Shown here: one piece after another, positions 51,157 to 62,505 of the stretch
Layout of the letters: every line of letters starts with the position of its first letter
Numbering within the stretch: position 1 is the first letter of the stretch
Source: Okamejei kenojei
Lineage: Eukaryota
Assembly (NCBI GenBank): GCA_035221665.1
Contig: CM069162.1
Span: forward strand, 19,158,001-19,222,000
Reading direction: 5' to 3'
Length of the DNA stretch: 64,000 nt
Position numbers and translations under genes: made by a program
Notes under the pieces: generated by a model
What the model saw: only the letters and a program-made list of their open reading frames with translations
Told to the model about the DNA's origin: nothing
The model's database searches: none

Positions 51157-53419
51157 TTATAAAAGCATTCTGTAACTACAAACGTGATATTGTTAACACA
51201 AAGGGACACAGTTTGAAATATGTTTTGAGTTCGATTTACAGAAGGCTTTATATTCAACCATTTGAGTGTTGTGGTGTTATACCTCAATAATGTCTTTATA
51301 GATAACAAATAACTTTATGCTTATCCACATCTCTATATGTTTCAAATCTGCGATTTCTGCTAATACTCATTCCCTGATGGATAAGTTGAAAGAGAATTTG
51401 AAGTGAATTCCAAAGTCGAGATTCCAAAGCCAGATTCAGGAAACGCGTCAAAAAATTTCTGCTCCAGAGCTGTGTTCAGGTTTCTTCAGGGAGTCATGAG
51501 CATTGATAACACATTGAATATAATCTTAGTGACTAAACTCCCCACACCCTCCCGACTAAAAGGGAAGGATATATGAGCAATTGCTATACGAAAGTAGCCT
51601 CTTTGAGATTATCCAACAACTCCGGTCACCCATAGAGATCTGGAGTCAGCTCCCACTGGGAAACACAGAACGTTTTACAAATAAAAGATAGACACAAAAT
51701 GCTGCAGTAACTCAGCACATCAGGCTGGACCCTTCTTCAGACCCGACCCGAAACGTCACTTATCCATTTCCCCAGAGATGCTGCCTGACCAGCAAAGTTA
51801 CTCCGGCATTTTGGTCTCTACCGTTTGTGTAAACCTGCATCTGCAGTTCCTTTTGATTACATGTCTACAAAAATGAGAGTACAGGAATAAAAGCACACGC
51901 GGACTGTAGTAAATTGTTATTTTGATGTTAATCCAGCTTTTGGAACAGAGATTTGAAAAAGCAGAATGTGCAGAAAACACTCAGCAGGTCAGGCAGTATC
52001 TATAGAGACAGAAACAGTGTTAACTCTTCAGGTCAAAGATTGGTTAAAAAAACTTTCCGATGAAGGGTGTTCAACCTGAAATGTTGACTCTATTTCTCTA
52101 CCCATAAATGCTGCCCGACCTACTGAGAATTTCCAGCAGTTTGTGCTATTGTTTCAGGTTTCCAATATTCGCAGATTTTCTTTTATTTTGGCGCAGAGAT
52201 GCTTCATATGACTATTTAAAAAGGTATAAAAACATTAAAATGGGTCTTCTGCAAGAGTAATGCTCAAAGTCTTGATGCAAAAGACAAACTTTCCTGGGGT
52301 TTTGCACAGTCTAATGCTGGAAGATCCAAACGCTGGCATCGTTCTGGTTGTCTGAAACCAATGTGAGGCAAATCAATATTATCTCAAGAGTTCTCGGAAG
52401 CTGGCGAGATCTATGGATCGCATTAAATTTAGCAAATACCATTGCCTTTGGGGTTAAGGGGAGGGGTGCATGAGAGGCAAGTCAGCCAGGGTTGCCACTT
52501 ATCCACTGGGTAGAGCCATTGTAATCTGACAATATCTTTCTTTGGGGATGGTTCCTCCATGCAGAGAGGTGAACTAACAGTCCAGTCATGCGTATCCCCA
52601 TCCACAGGCTTGCACTGAGGATAGCTTCTCCATGCCAGATATCAGGTTACCCACCATGTACTCTCCACCTCATTCACCCATTTATTTTCTGCTTTACTAA
52701 CTATGAAGAAACACTTCAAGCTGGAGAGGGACGGAGTGATTGACTCAATGGCATCTTCCAAGGGGGGGGGGGGGGGGGAAATGGAGAGATTGTCCAGCAC
52801 TGGTGCAAGGAGACAGGGACGTTTTCATCGCTGTGAGAATCTCGTCAGGGTGAGCTGGTGCTTGGCTCCATTCAGTCGATGGTTCCAATCCAACGGGGTG
52901 CGGGTGAGCGTGAGGAGAATCTTGTTTTGTGACAGAGGGTGCGAGCGTAGGGTCCGGCTGGTCATTGCACCAGGCACGGATATCATCCACTGGGGATGCC
53001 CAGGAGCTCAGAATTAGGTCTCTGGCAGACCAAGAAGCAGGGGAAACCAGTCACTGCTAGAGTGGCTGCACTTGGAACTTAGCTATCAAAATTCATTTTG
53101 CTACGTAGTTAGCTAGTGGTTTTTGTTTAAGGTTCATGCCCTTGCAGGTCTCAATTTGAGGCTCTGTGGGAGGATCTAGGAGGTAGGCGAGGGAAGTGAG
53201 GATGGAAGGCAGGGAGGGAATTGGCCATTTTGAGCTCATGGTGCACTGCGATCAGGGAGGCTGTGGCTAGCTTCATCTAGATACACTCAGCTCCTTCCCG
53301 TGACTCGTTCGTCTGACCACAGTGCTTCACAAGCCATAGCCAATGTACTGAAAAGAGGGGGGTGGATTCCTGACTAATAGGACAGTCCGTCCTGGAGCAA
53401 GTCCCAGGTAGATGTTGAG

Positions 53420-53700
53420 TTAGACGCAGGCCAGTAGTGCCAGCAGGGCTAACAAGATTGCGCTGGTGCCCTGGGCAGCCCACGCGCCATTGTCACAGGG
53501 CAAGGTGTTGAGGTTAGTACAGTGGTCCCGGTTCTGGCCAATGCAGGCCGCGTACGCCATCACGTGCGGGATGTAGTTCTGCTCGTGTACGCTGTGGAAG
53601 AGGTGAGCCATCGGGCCCTTCGCAAATATGGCCACGTCTTCCCCTCCGTGAGTTTCGTGCCTCAGCGGTACGGCCGACTGCGCCTGGTAATGGTTCTCAT
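53420..53700 (-). CDS. ALPL: Alkaline phosphatase, tissue-nonspecific: last coding exon
   Basis: [55 protein letters not shown]...HC followed by a hydrophobic GPI-signal tail and TAA; acceptor ttgccAG at 53702-53701, phase 1. Confidence 0.95.
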
Positions 53701-54062
53701 CTGGCAAGTGGCAGCGGGGGAGGGGAGGTGGAGAAGGTGGGTTGAGCAACAGAGGAGGTGCAAAGGGGAAGAATGAGGAACGCAGCGGGGGAGGGGAGAG
53801 AGGGCGAAAGGAAGGCGAGACGGCACGGAGTGCAAGGGTTGAAAGCCAAAAGGAAGAAGAGAACGACAGGATTAGACAGGGAAGGAGAGAGAGAGAGAAA
53901 GAGAAGCAGACAACGCAAAGGGTGAGAGAACGAGGGTGTAAATGAAAGGGGAACGAGGAGGAAGAATGAGCAGAGGGATGAGAGGGGAAAGGGGTGGGAT
54001 TGGGGTAGTAGGGAGACAGAGGGACGGAAGAGGAGGTATAAAAAAAAACAAAAAGAAAAACT

Positions 54063-54069
54063 GTTAGAA
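54063..54069 (-). promoter_or_regulatory. Candidate distant branch point TTCTAAC
   Basis: Consensus branch point directly followed by a U-rich tract and 358 nt without AG. Confidence 0.6.
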
Positions 54070-54182
54070 TAAACCTCCTCCTGGGTTGGTAAACATGCAT
54101 CGTCTGCCGGATGTAACGTAGCAGCTGTGCAGTCTTGAGGACCAGATTCATTTATTGCACTTTCAGCGGCAAGATTAGGGTT

Positions 54183-54415
54183 GGCACGGTGGCTCAGCAG
54201 TAGAGTTGCTGCTTTACAGCGCCAGAGGCCCAGGGCTGATCCTGACTATGGGCGCTGTCTGTTTGGAGTTTTTACGTTCTGCCCGTAACCACATAAGTTT
54301 TCCCCGGGTGTTCCGGTTTCCGCCCACACTTTGAGGACGTACAGTTTTGTAGGTTAATTGGTTTCGGTAAAGATTGTAAATCGTCCCTCGTGTGTAGGGT
54401 AGTGCTAGTGTACAA
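54183..54415 (+). mobile_element. V-SINE (ALPL intron, antisense)
   Basis: Head and core. Confidence 0.8.
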
Positions 54416-55294
54416 GGTGATTTCAACCTTCTTTGCGCCAGTGAAAACGGTCCCAGCTAACCCAGGCCCGGCCTAAAACTCAAGCTCTCTAGTCCAAGCA
54501 ACATCCTTCTAAAGCTTTTCTGCACCTCTCTAGCATAACCACATCCTTTCCTTGCTTTCTCTAACATGGCGATCAGAACTGCACACAACGTTCAAGGTGC
54601 AGTCGCACCAGCGCTTTGTACAGCTGCGATGTGCCATCCCAATTCTATTTATCAATGCGGGGCAAGTCTCTCTGTCATACAACTTGCCCCAGGTCACTGT
54701 CATTTACTGTCTTAATCCTGCCTGGTTTTACTTCCCTATAGGTATCACCTCATGCTTGCCTGAGGTAGATGACACCGAGATTGGTGGTGTGGCGGATGTT
54801 GAAAAGGTTGTCTAAGGTTAGGACTGGGTCTAGGTCAACTGGGAACGTGGGCAAAGGAACGACAGATCGAATTTACCTCAGGCAAGCATGAGGTGATACC
54901 TATAGGGAAGTAAATCATGTCACTAATCATGTCAGTGCACACACAGTCTCATGTTTCTCAGTTTTCTAGTTTAGCGATTTCATGCTTTTTTAACATTTTT
55001 CCCAGTCTATCTTTACCAACTCGCCTCCAATTTCTAACGTAGTTTGCTGCATTTAATTTTAAGGTGCCGTTCTGCTGTTTTATTGTTCTGACAAATTATA
55101 TCATATTATGATTGCTCTTCTCCCGTAGCCTCTAAAATTATAATATAATTAATTATCCGCATCTCATTGCATAATTGGGTCAGTTATCTGCAATTGACTG
55201 TAAAGTATGCTAATTTTAATATTGTAAATAACCCAGAAGACGTGCAATTCCAGATCTAGGAATTTGATATATCTTTTACTTTAGTTTTGTCTGG

Positions 55295-55497
55295 TTTAGT
55301 TTAGAGATATAGCATGGAAACAGGCCCTTTGGCCCACCGAGTCTGCACTGACTAGCGATCCCCGCACATTAACACTAAAACAAACACAAACACTAACACA
55401 AAAACATACAAACTCCGTGCAGACAAGCACCCGTAGTCAGGATCGAACCCGGGTCTCTGGCGCTGCAGGGTAGCAACTCTACCACTGCACCACCGTG
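55295..55497 (-). mobile_element. Internally deleted V-SINE
   Basis: Reverse tail and head. Confidence 0.75.
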
Positions 55498-55607
55498 CAT
55501 CCAGTTAACATCTCACAGAGGGATATCGGGTAAAAACATGTTACATGAAAGAACTCCCACTAACAAGGTTTATCTCATTTCCCAGACAAGACCATTCCAA
55601 AACTTAC

Positions 55608-55727
55608 TGATTTCACTCGTTGAAACATTTGCCCTCTCTCCATTTTCCATGGCATAGCCAGGTCCATTTCCGTAGAGTATCGAGGTGAATGGCCTGTTGT
55701 CCACATCACTTAAATACGGAGCAAGGC
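55608..55727 (-). CDS. ALPL: Alkaline phosphatase, tissue-nonspecific: penultimate exon (120 bp)
   Basis: [40 protein letters not shown]; ttttatcttccAG acceptor, GTAAGT donor, phase matches the last exon. Confidence 0.95.
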
Positions 55728-56009
55728 CTGGAAGATAAAATAAAAGAGTCTGAGAAAGTGACACCGACCAACACGTCATGTTTCCTCAGCTCACAGCACT
55801 CACGATCAATAATGTCAATGCGTGTGATTTCACCGATAATTCAGGTCTCATGGGTTGCACTAATATGTGCTACTCCACCTGTGTGGCAGGCGCAGTGTAT
55901 TCCACCACCTTCGTTGCAGGCCCCCTGTCACTAGGATCAGTAATACACACTCCAATTGTTACATCAATTGTAATACAATCCCCACAAGTCAATGTGTCTC
56001 TGCTTAGTC

Positions 56010-56515
56010 CAGCTTAGTTCAGTTCATTGTCACGAGTACTGAGTTAGTGAAAAGCTTTTGTTGCGTGCTGAGCCATCCACGGTGCGCGGGATAAATGGGA
56101 TAACATGAATAATGTTTAGTGCAAGTCAAAGAACAGTAAAGGCCTATCAAAGATAGTCCGAGGGACTCCAATGAGGTAGATAGTAGCTCAGACTGCTCTC
56201 TAGTTGTTAGTAGGATGGTTCAGTTGCCTGATAACAGCTGGGAAGAAACTGTCCCTGACTCTGGATGTGTGCGTTTTCCCACGACAATACCTTTTGCATG
56301 ATGGGAGAGGGGAGAAGAGGGAGTGGCGGGGGCGCGACTCGTCCTTAATTCTGCTGCTGGCCTTGCCGAGGCAGCACAATGTGTAAATGGAATCAATGGA
56401 AGGGGGGATGGGGAGGGGTTGGTTTGTGTGAGGGTCTGGGCTACGTCCACAATTCTCCGCACTTTTTGCGGTCTTGGATGGAGCTGTTCCCAAACCATGC
56501 TGTGATACATCCTGG
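56010..56515 (-). mobile_element. Rex1/Babar-like LINE 3' fragment
   Basis: CLGKASSRIKDESRPRHSLFSPLPS...RDSFFPAVIRQLN. Confidence 0.8.
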
Positions 56516-56627
56516 CCTACACGCCCCACTGATTACACTACGTTACAGACCCCGCAGAGGAACACAACCCCACATCACAAGCAGCAAAGGCCCCGAGTCA
56601 CATTGTTAGCGTTTCAGGACGTTATAA

Positions 56628-57037
56628 ACATAGAAACTTAGAAAATGGGTGCAGGAGTAGGCCATTCTGCCCTTCGAGCCAGCACCGCCATTCAATATGA
56701 TCATGGCTGATCATCCTGAATCAATACCCTGTTCCTGCTTTCTCCCCATATCCCTTGATTCTGTTAACCCTAAGAGCTGTATCGATCTCTCTCTTGAATA
56801 CATCCAGTGAATTGGCCTCCACTGCCTTCCATGGCAGAGAATTCCACAGATTCACAACTCTCTGGCTGAAAAAGTTTTTCCTCATCTCAGTCCTAATTGG
56901 CCTACGCCCTTATACTGTGACTGGTTCTGGGCTCCCCCAACATGGGAAGGGAAATTTTTCCTGCATCTAGCCTGTCCAATCACCTAAGAATGTTCTATGT
57001 TTCTATAAGATCCCCTCTCATCCTAAATTCCAGTGAA
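56628..57037 (-). mobile_element. CR1 3' fragment
   Basis: Reverse CR1 ORF2 end and tail. Confidence 0.85.
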
Positions 57038-57217
57038 TGAGGTTACAAATGTAAGATGTCACGGTGAATTTCTATTATTTTCCTATGACGATCAAATATG
57101 GAATTATTTCTCATCTCTAACGTTGCAATAATTAATAAGAGAATATCAATTAAAAAAATGCAATTATATATATTTGTGGCCCTTTTTTCCATTGATTACT
57201 CTCATCAGAAATCAGTT

Positions 57218-57271
57218 GGGGTGGGAGATTGCAACCTTCACGTGGTCCACCCTGTTTCGACTAATGCAATC
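57218..57271 (+). ncRNA. Predicted minimal HDV-like ribozyme
   Basis: P1 GGGGTGG/CCACCCT with G1-U wobble, P2 GATTGCA/TGCAATC, P3 ACC/GGT, L3 TTCACGT, candidate catalytic C at 57261 in CTAA. Confidence 0.8.
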
Positions 57272-57335
57272 AACCCGACATGCACAAACAATAACCTACA
57301 ACTTTAGGCTGTGCTCGCCATAAGCAAGAAGAAGA
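57218..57335 (+). mobile_element. Short retroposon with 5' HDV-like ribozyme, copy 2
   Basis: TSD agaaatcagtt at 57207-57217 and 57336-57346; (gaa)n tail. Confidence 0.85.
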
Positions 57336-58066
57336 AGAAATCAGTTTAATCTTTTTAATTTCTGAGCATTCTTTGGCAACTTGATATTGGTATATTATTG
57401 CCACCTGTACTGAGATAAAGTGACAAACTTTCTTTGCAAAAACTCTCCGGCATATCAGGCAGCACAGATGAAATAAACAGAATGCAGAATATTGTGTTAC
57501 AAATGTGGATAAGAAAGGTGCATGGGCCGCGAAGGGTGAAAATGATGCCAACTTGTCAGATGGTTAGAAACCTCCTCACAATCCATTGACATATGAACAG
57601 CAAGACAATGAGGTAAAGAGATCTGCACTTGCCCACAAAATATCTGGTGCAAGTTAGGATTAGAACTAAAATCACTGCAGGAGGTCACTGCAGGTCGGGT
57701 GAAGGATGTTATCATACCCGAAGACTTTCAATTATGAGTTTCGACTCCTGTGAATTCCTGTGAATTAAGTTGTTGGTAGTTGAATGTATAAGCCATGCCT
57801 ACAGCAAAAACCCATGTTTTCACAGATTCATTTGGATGACTCTCAACAAGTTACAAGTGAAACGAGTCATCCAGACTTGGTCTCCTCTATTCCAGTGAAC
57901 ACCATGAATTGAGACCTTTTAAGAATCTAGTTTCAACAGTGTCCAGCCAGTTACTGCAAGTCCTCAAATGCTACCACACGCCATCCCACCCTATCCCACT
58001 GGGGATAGCCGCACCACCCACGTTGTATCACCCTGACATGGTCCCACCGGTAGCGCAGCAGTGCTG

Positions 58067-58380
58067 GCCACAGTGGTGCAGCGGTAGAGTTGTTGCCTTA
58101 CAGCGCTTGCAGCGCTGGAGTACCTGGTTCGATCTCGGCTACGGGCGCTGTCTGCACGGAGTTTGTACGTTCTCCCCGTGCCTGCGTGGGTTTTCTCCAC
58201 GATCTTCAGTTTCCTCCCACACTTCAAAGACGCACATGTATGTAGATTAATTGGCTTGATGTATGTGTAAATTGTCCCTAGTGTGTGTATGATTGTGTTA
58301 ATGTGCTGGGATTGCTGGTCAGTGCGGACTCGGTGGGCCTGTTCCCACGCTGTATCTCTAAAACAAAAAAAACTAAAACT
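58067..58380 (+). mobile_element. V-SINE
   Basis: Full head, core and tail. Confidence 0.85.
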
Positions 58381-58606
58381 AACAATACGCCACAGCCTTG
58401 GCTGCTTGAGAGAAGGAAATTGCTTTTGCTGAATGCACACCCTCAGGTTTAAACACATTTCATGGCCAAACAATAACTCAGTCTTGGAAGTGTTAACCTG
58501 GCTTTAACGGCGGAAAACTCTGACCAATTTGCAGACATTGGATCCCGAAAACAGCACCAGAATGGGTTGAAGAATGTCCATTGATTAGGGCTCTGGGAAA
58601 TCACCC

Positions 58607-59192
58607 TTGCACCTCTTACACATCGACGAGACCAAACGTAGACTGGGCGATCGTTTTGCTGAACACCTTCGCTCAGTCCGCCCGAACCTACCCGATCTCC
58701 CGGTTGCTAAACACTTTAATTCTCCTTCCCATTCCCACACAGACCTTTCTGTCCTAGGTCTCCTCCATTGTCAGAGTGAGGCTAAACGCAAATTGGAGGA
58801 ACAGCATCTCGTATTTCGCTTGGGCAGCTTCCAGACCAGGGGTATGAATATTGATTTCTCTAACTTCAAGTTATCCCGGCATTCCCTCTCTCTCTATTCC
58901 TCCCCCACCCACGTCACCCACACCAGCTTCTCGTTTTCACCCAACAAACAGCTAACAATGGCCTGTTTCCTTTATCATCATTATGTTTTTGCATATCTTT
59001 CACTCATTGTTCTTTATCTCTCTACATCAGCATCTATTTCTCTTGTTTCCCTTATTCCTAACCAGTCTGACGAAGGGTCTCGACCCGAAACGTCACCCAA
59101 TCCTTCTCTCCAGAGATGCTGCCTGTCCCGCTGAGTTACTCCAGCTGTTTGTGTCTATCTTAGGTTTAAACCAGCATCTGCAGTTCCTTCCT
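58607..59192 (+). mobile_element. Penelope-like element 3' part (GIY-YIG endonuclease C-terminus plus terminal repeat)
   Basis: HIDETKRRLGDRFAEHLRSV...PVAKHFNSPSHS...KLEEQHLVFRLGS...GMNIDFSNF; hammerhead-like core at 59067-59094. Confidence 0.9.
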
Positions 59193-60379
59193 ATTCACTT
59201 ATTTGAGTTATTCCCCGAGCAGCATCTATAGTATATCTACCTAAGGATTTAAATGGTCTCACTTTAATCCATTGTCTGAGAGTCAATGTCATCATGGTGT
59301 TAACTCTTTGCTTCTATAGTTAAAGGTCAAATGGTTTTGGTGCTCTAGCTGTTGTTATGGCACTTGAATTCAAGACCACCTGCTGTGTCTCGTTGATTTC
59401 TTACAAATATAAAAGCATTATGACCAGCAGGGGACCAGAAAACCCACGTGGTGACGGCATGACGTACAAACTCCGTGCAGACAGCACCCATAGTCAGGAT
59501 TGAACCCGGGTCTCTGGCGCTATTAGGCAGCAACTCTACCGCTGTGCCACCGAGCCGTGTTCAAAGTATCCATCCAAAAGTGGTCGCATTTAAATGCTTA
59601 ATCAATCCTGAATAACGCTCCAATATTTAGCATCACTAAACATTGGGGTCCGTTCTCCATTTTACCCTTTCCACTGCCCACATCTTTTTTCTAAACTACA
59701 AAACAGTGGAATAAATGTGAAATAGGATGCCTTCAAAATAACAGAGCATGAGGAGACGGAGTGGGGATGTTTGAGTTCAGACCGTTGGCTCGGCAACTGG
59801 GGTGCGGGTAGTTTGAAGGTTGTGGAGTGGGGCCAGTGGTGACTCGAGGGTCAGAGGGCAAGATCATTGGGTGAGAGGGACTAGAACAAGAGGCAAGTGA
59901 TGGTGCTGAGTTTCCCAACAAAGGCAAAGTCGCCAATGGTGGGCTACGTCCCTGGGCAATGCTCTAACAACACTCATGCTGGGAGGCACATCCTGGAATT
60001 TCTCCAATGACACAAAGTGACTCCGCGTTGTTTGTTATCATGTTTCTTCTCCTGGAAAAATGCATATCGAATACCATGGCTATGGTATAATTGGCATTCT
60101 GCGATTATATTTCCCGCTAAGACTCTTCACTTCTTTGTGTACACTGTGAATGTGCTTTTGGCCTCCTTCCCGTTGATTTATGGCACTGGTTGGAGCAGGA
60201 ATATTTTGAATGATATCAGGACCAGACATCTGTGACTGTTCTCTTCCCAGGGCTTCAATCCCTGGCTCCGGGCCCACAGAGCACCATCATAAAAACATGA
60301 CATATTTTACATTGGTGTGAGTTTTATCCCCGAAAGCTCCCCAATCCAATGCAAATGATCTATTCCGCCACCTGTTTAA

Positions 60380-60655
60380 GAAGGAACTGCAGATGCTGGA
60401 AAAACCTGAAAGCAGGCAAAAAAATCCTGGAGAAACTCAGCGGGTGAGGCAGCATCTATGGAGAAAAGGAGTAGGCAACGTTTCGGGTCGACGTTTCGGG
60501 TCTTCAGACTGATATCGGGTGGGGGGGCGGGAAAAAGAAAGGAAGAGAAGGAGACAGTAGGCTATATGGGAGAGCTGGGAAGGGGGAGGGGAAGGAGGGA
60601 GAAAGCAAGGACTACCAGAAATTAGAGAAGTTAATGTTCATACCGCTAGGGGTAT
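60380..60655 (-). mobile_element. Penelope-like fragment
   Basis: Reverse PLE terminal block and GIY-YIG end. Confidence 0.7.
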
Positions 60656-60859
60656 GAATGTCCACCACCTTGCACCCTTTGAAAAGGTTGAAATAATGGA
60701 GCTAAATTGCCAGCGGCACCAAACATTAATTGCCAAAGTCCCTGTGTTGGACCATGAGTAGCCTAGTCCTGGGCTTGTATTCTCTCCATATACATTCTCA
60801 GCTGTTCCACTTGTCCTTTGCTGTCCTGCATGTACAATGGATAACCAAGCCTTGATGCC

Positions 60860-61390
60860 ATCATAAGGTCATAAGGAATAGTAGAATTAGGCCATTCAGC
60901 CCATCAAGTCTACTCTGCCATTCAATCATGGCTGACTCATCTCTCCCTCCTATCCCCATTCTCCTGTCTTCTCCCCATAACCTCTGACACCTGCACTAGT
61001 CAAGAATCTATCTACCTCTGCCTTAAAAATATCTACTGACGGGCTCCACAGCCTTCTGTGGCAAAGAAATCCACAGATTCACCACCTTCGGACTAAAGAT
61101 ATTTATCCTCATCTGAGTCATCTCCTTCCTAAAAGAACGTCCTTTGATTCTGAGGCTATGACCTCTAGTCCTAGACTCTCCCACTAGTGGAAACATCCTC
61201 TCCACATCCACTCTATCCAAGCCTTTCACTATTCTGTATATTTCAATTAGGTCCCCCCTCGTTCTTCTAAACTCCAGCGAGTACAGGCCCACGGCTGACA
61301 AACGCCCATCATACGTTAACCTACTCATTACTGGGATCATTCTTGTAAACCCCCTCTGGACCCTCTCCAGAGTCAGCACATCCTTCCAGT
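60860..61390 (-). mobile_element. CR1 3' fragment
   Basis: LERVQRGFTRMIP...LYSLEFRR.RGDLIE.Y...SRTRGHSLRIKG. Confidence 0.9.
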
Positions 61391-61404
61391 GGCAGAGGTC
61401 CGTG

Positions 61405-61632
61405 AGGGCAACTGCAAATGCTGGTTTATACCGAAGATAAACACAAAATGCTGCTGTAACTCAGCGGGTCAGGCAGCATCTCTGGGGAAAAGGTATAGGT
61501 GACGTTTTGAGTCAGAACCCTTCTTCAGAATCAAGTCTGAAGAAGGGTTCTGACCCGAAACGTCACCTATTCTTTTTCCCCAGTAATGCTGCCAGACCCG
61601 CTGAGTTACAGCAGCATTTTGTGTCCATCTTC
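61405..61632. mobile_element. Head-to-head Penelope-derived element
   Basis: Inverted PLE blocks meeting at ~61530. Confidence 0.75.
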
Positions 61633-61979
61633 CATGAAGTGCAACCTGTCATCCATTTATGGATTCTGAGCTCATGTTCCCAGATCACCCTGACTGCCTT
61701 CTGACAATCCATCCACTGAAAAGCCTGTTCAACTTTCTAAACGAGTTAGACATTTGAACTGAATGAGTTAGTCTTACGTAATCCAGAATTTGAGAAAGCA
61801 TGTTAATATAATAGATGTATTTTGAAAAAAACATTTAACTGATAAAAGTTACTTTATACCCATTAATATTAATTAAAGACTAAAAATAACAAATCACTCA
61901 GGTCGTTGCCTTTATTATGTGTAAGACGGGTCAAGCATGGCTGGTGTAAGCCCCCAGACAAGGTACGAGGTGGGTCTAA

Positions 61980-62268
61980 TGCCCCTGTCCCACTTAGGAA
62001 ACCTGAACGGAAACCTCTGGAGACTTTGCGCCCCACCCAAGGTTTCCGTGCGGTTCCCGGAGGTTTTTGTCAGTCTCCCTAATGGTCGAAAGTGGTTTCC
62101 GTTTTAAAAATCGGTAATTTTTTAGTCGAAGCTGGTTGCGATGCTAGTTGAAGGTGGTTGCCAGAGGACGAAAACCTCCGGAAACCTCCGGGAACCGTAC
62201 GGAAACCATGGGTGGGGCGCAAAGTCTCCAGAAGTTTCCGTTCAGGTTTCCTAAATGGGACAGGGGCT
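61980..62268. mobile_element. PIF/Harbinger-type MITE with ~85-bp TIRs
   Basis: gcccctgtcccacttaggaaacctgaacgg... and its reverse complement; TAA at 61977-61979 and 62269-62271. Confidence 0.9.
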
Positions 62269-62342
62269 TAACCCTTCAACTCACTGAAACTAAGCTCAAG
62301 TAGCGAGGAGGGCTTGAGAAGCAAAGAGGGAGAAGCAGTGGG

Positions 62343-62505
62343 NNNNNNNNNNNNNNNNNNNNNNNNNNNNNNNNNNNNNNNNNNNNNNNNNNNNNNNNNN
62401 NNNNNNNNNNNNNNNNNNNNNNNNNNNNNNNNNNNNNNNNNNNNNNNNNNNNNNNNNNNNNNNNNNNNNNNNNNNNNNNNNNNNNNNNNNNNNNNNNNNN
62501 NNNNN
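62343..62505. other. Assembly gap (N run)
   Basis: 163 N. Confidence 1.

Noticed and set aside
53420-54151. 243-aa ORF as a standalone protein
   Set aside because: Only the last ~93 codons are ALPL; the N-terminal part is the intronic pyrimidine tract, which is stop-poor by composition.
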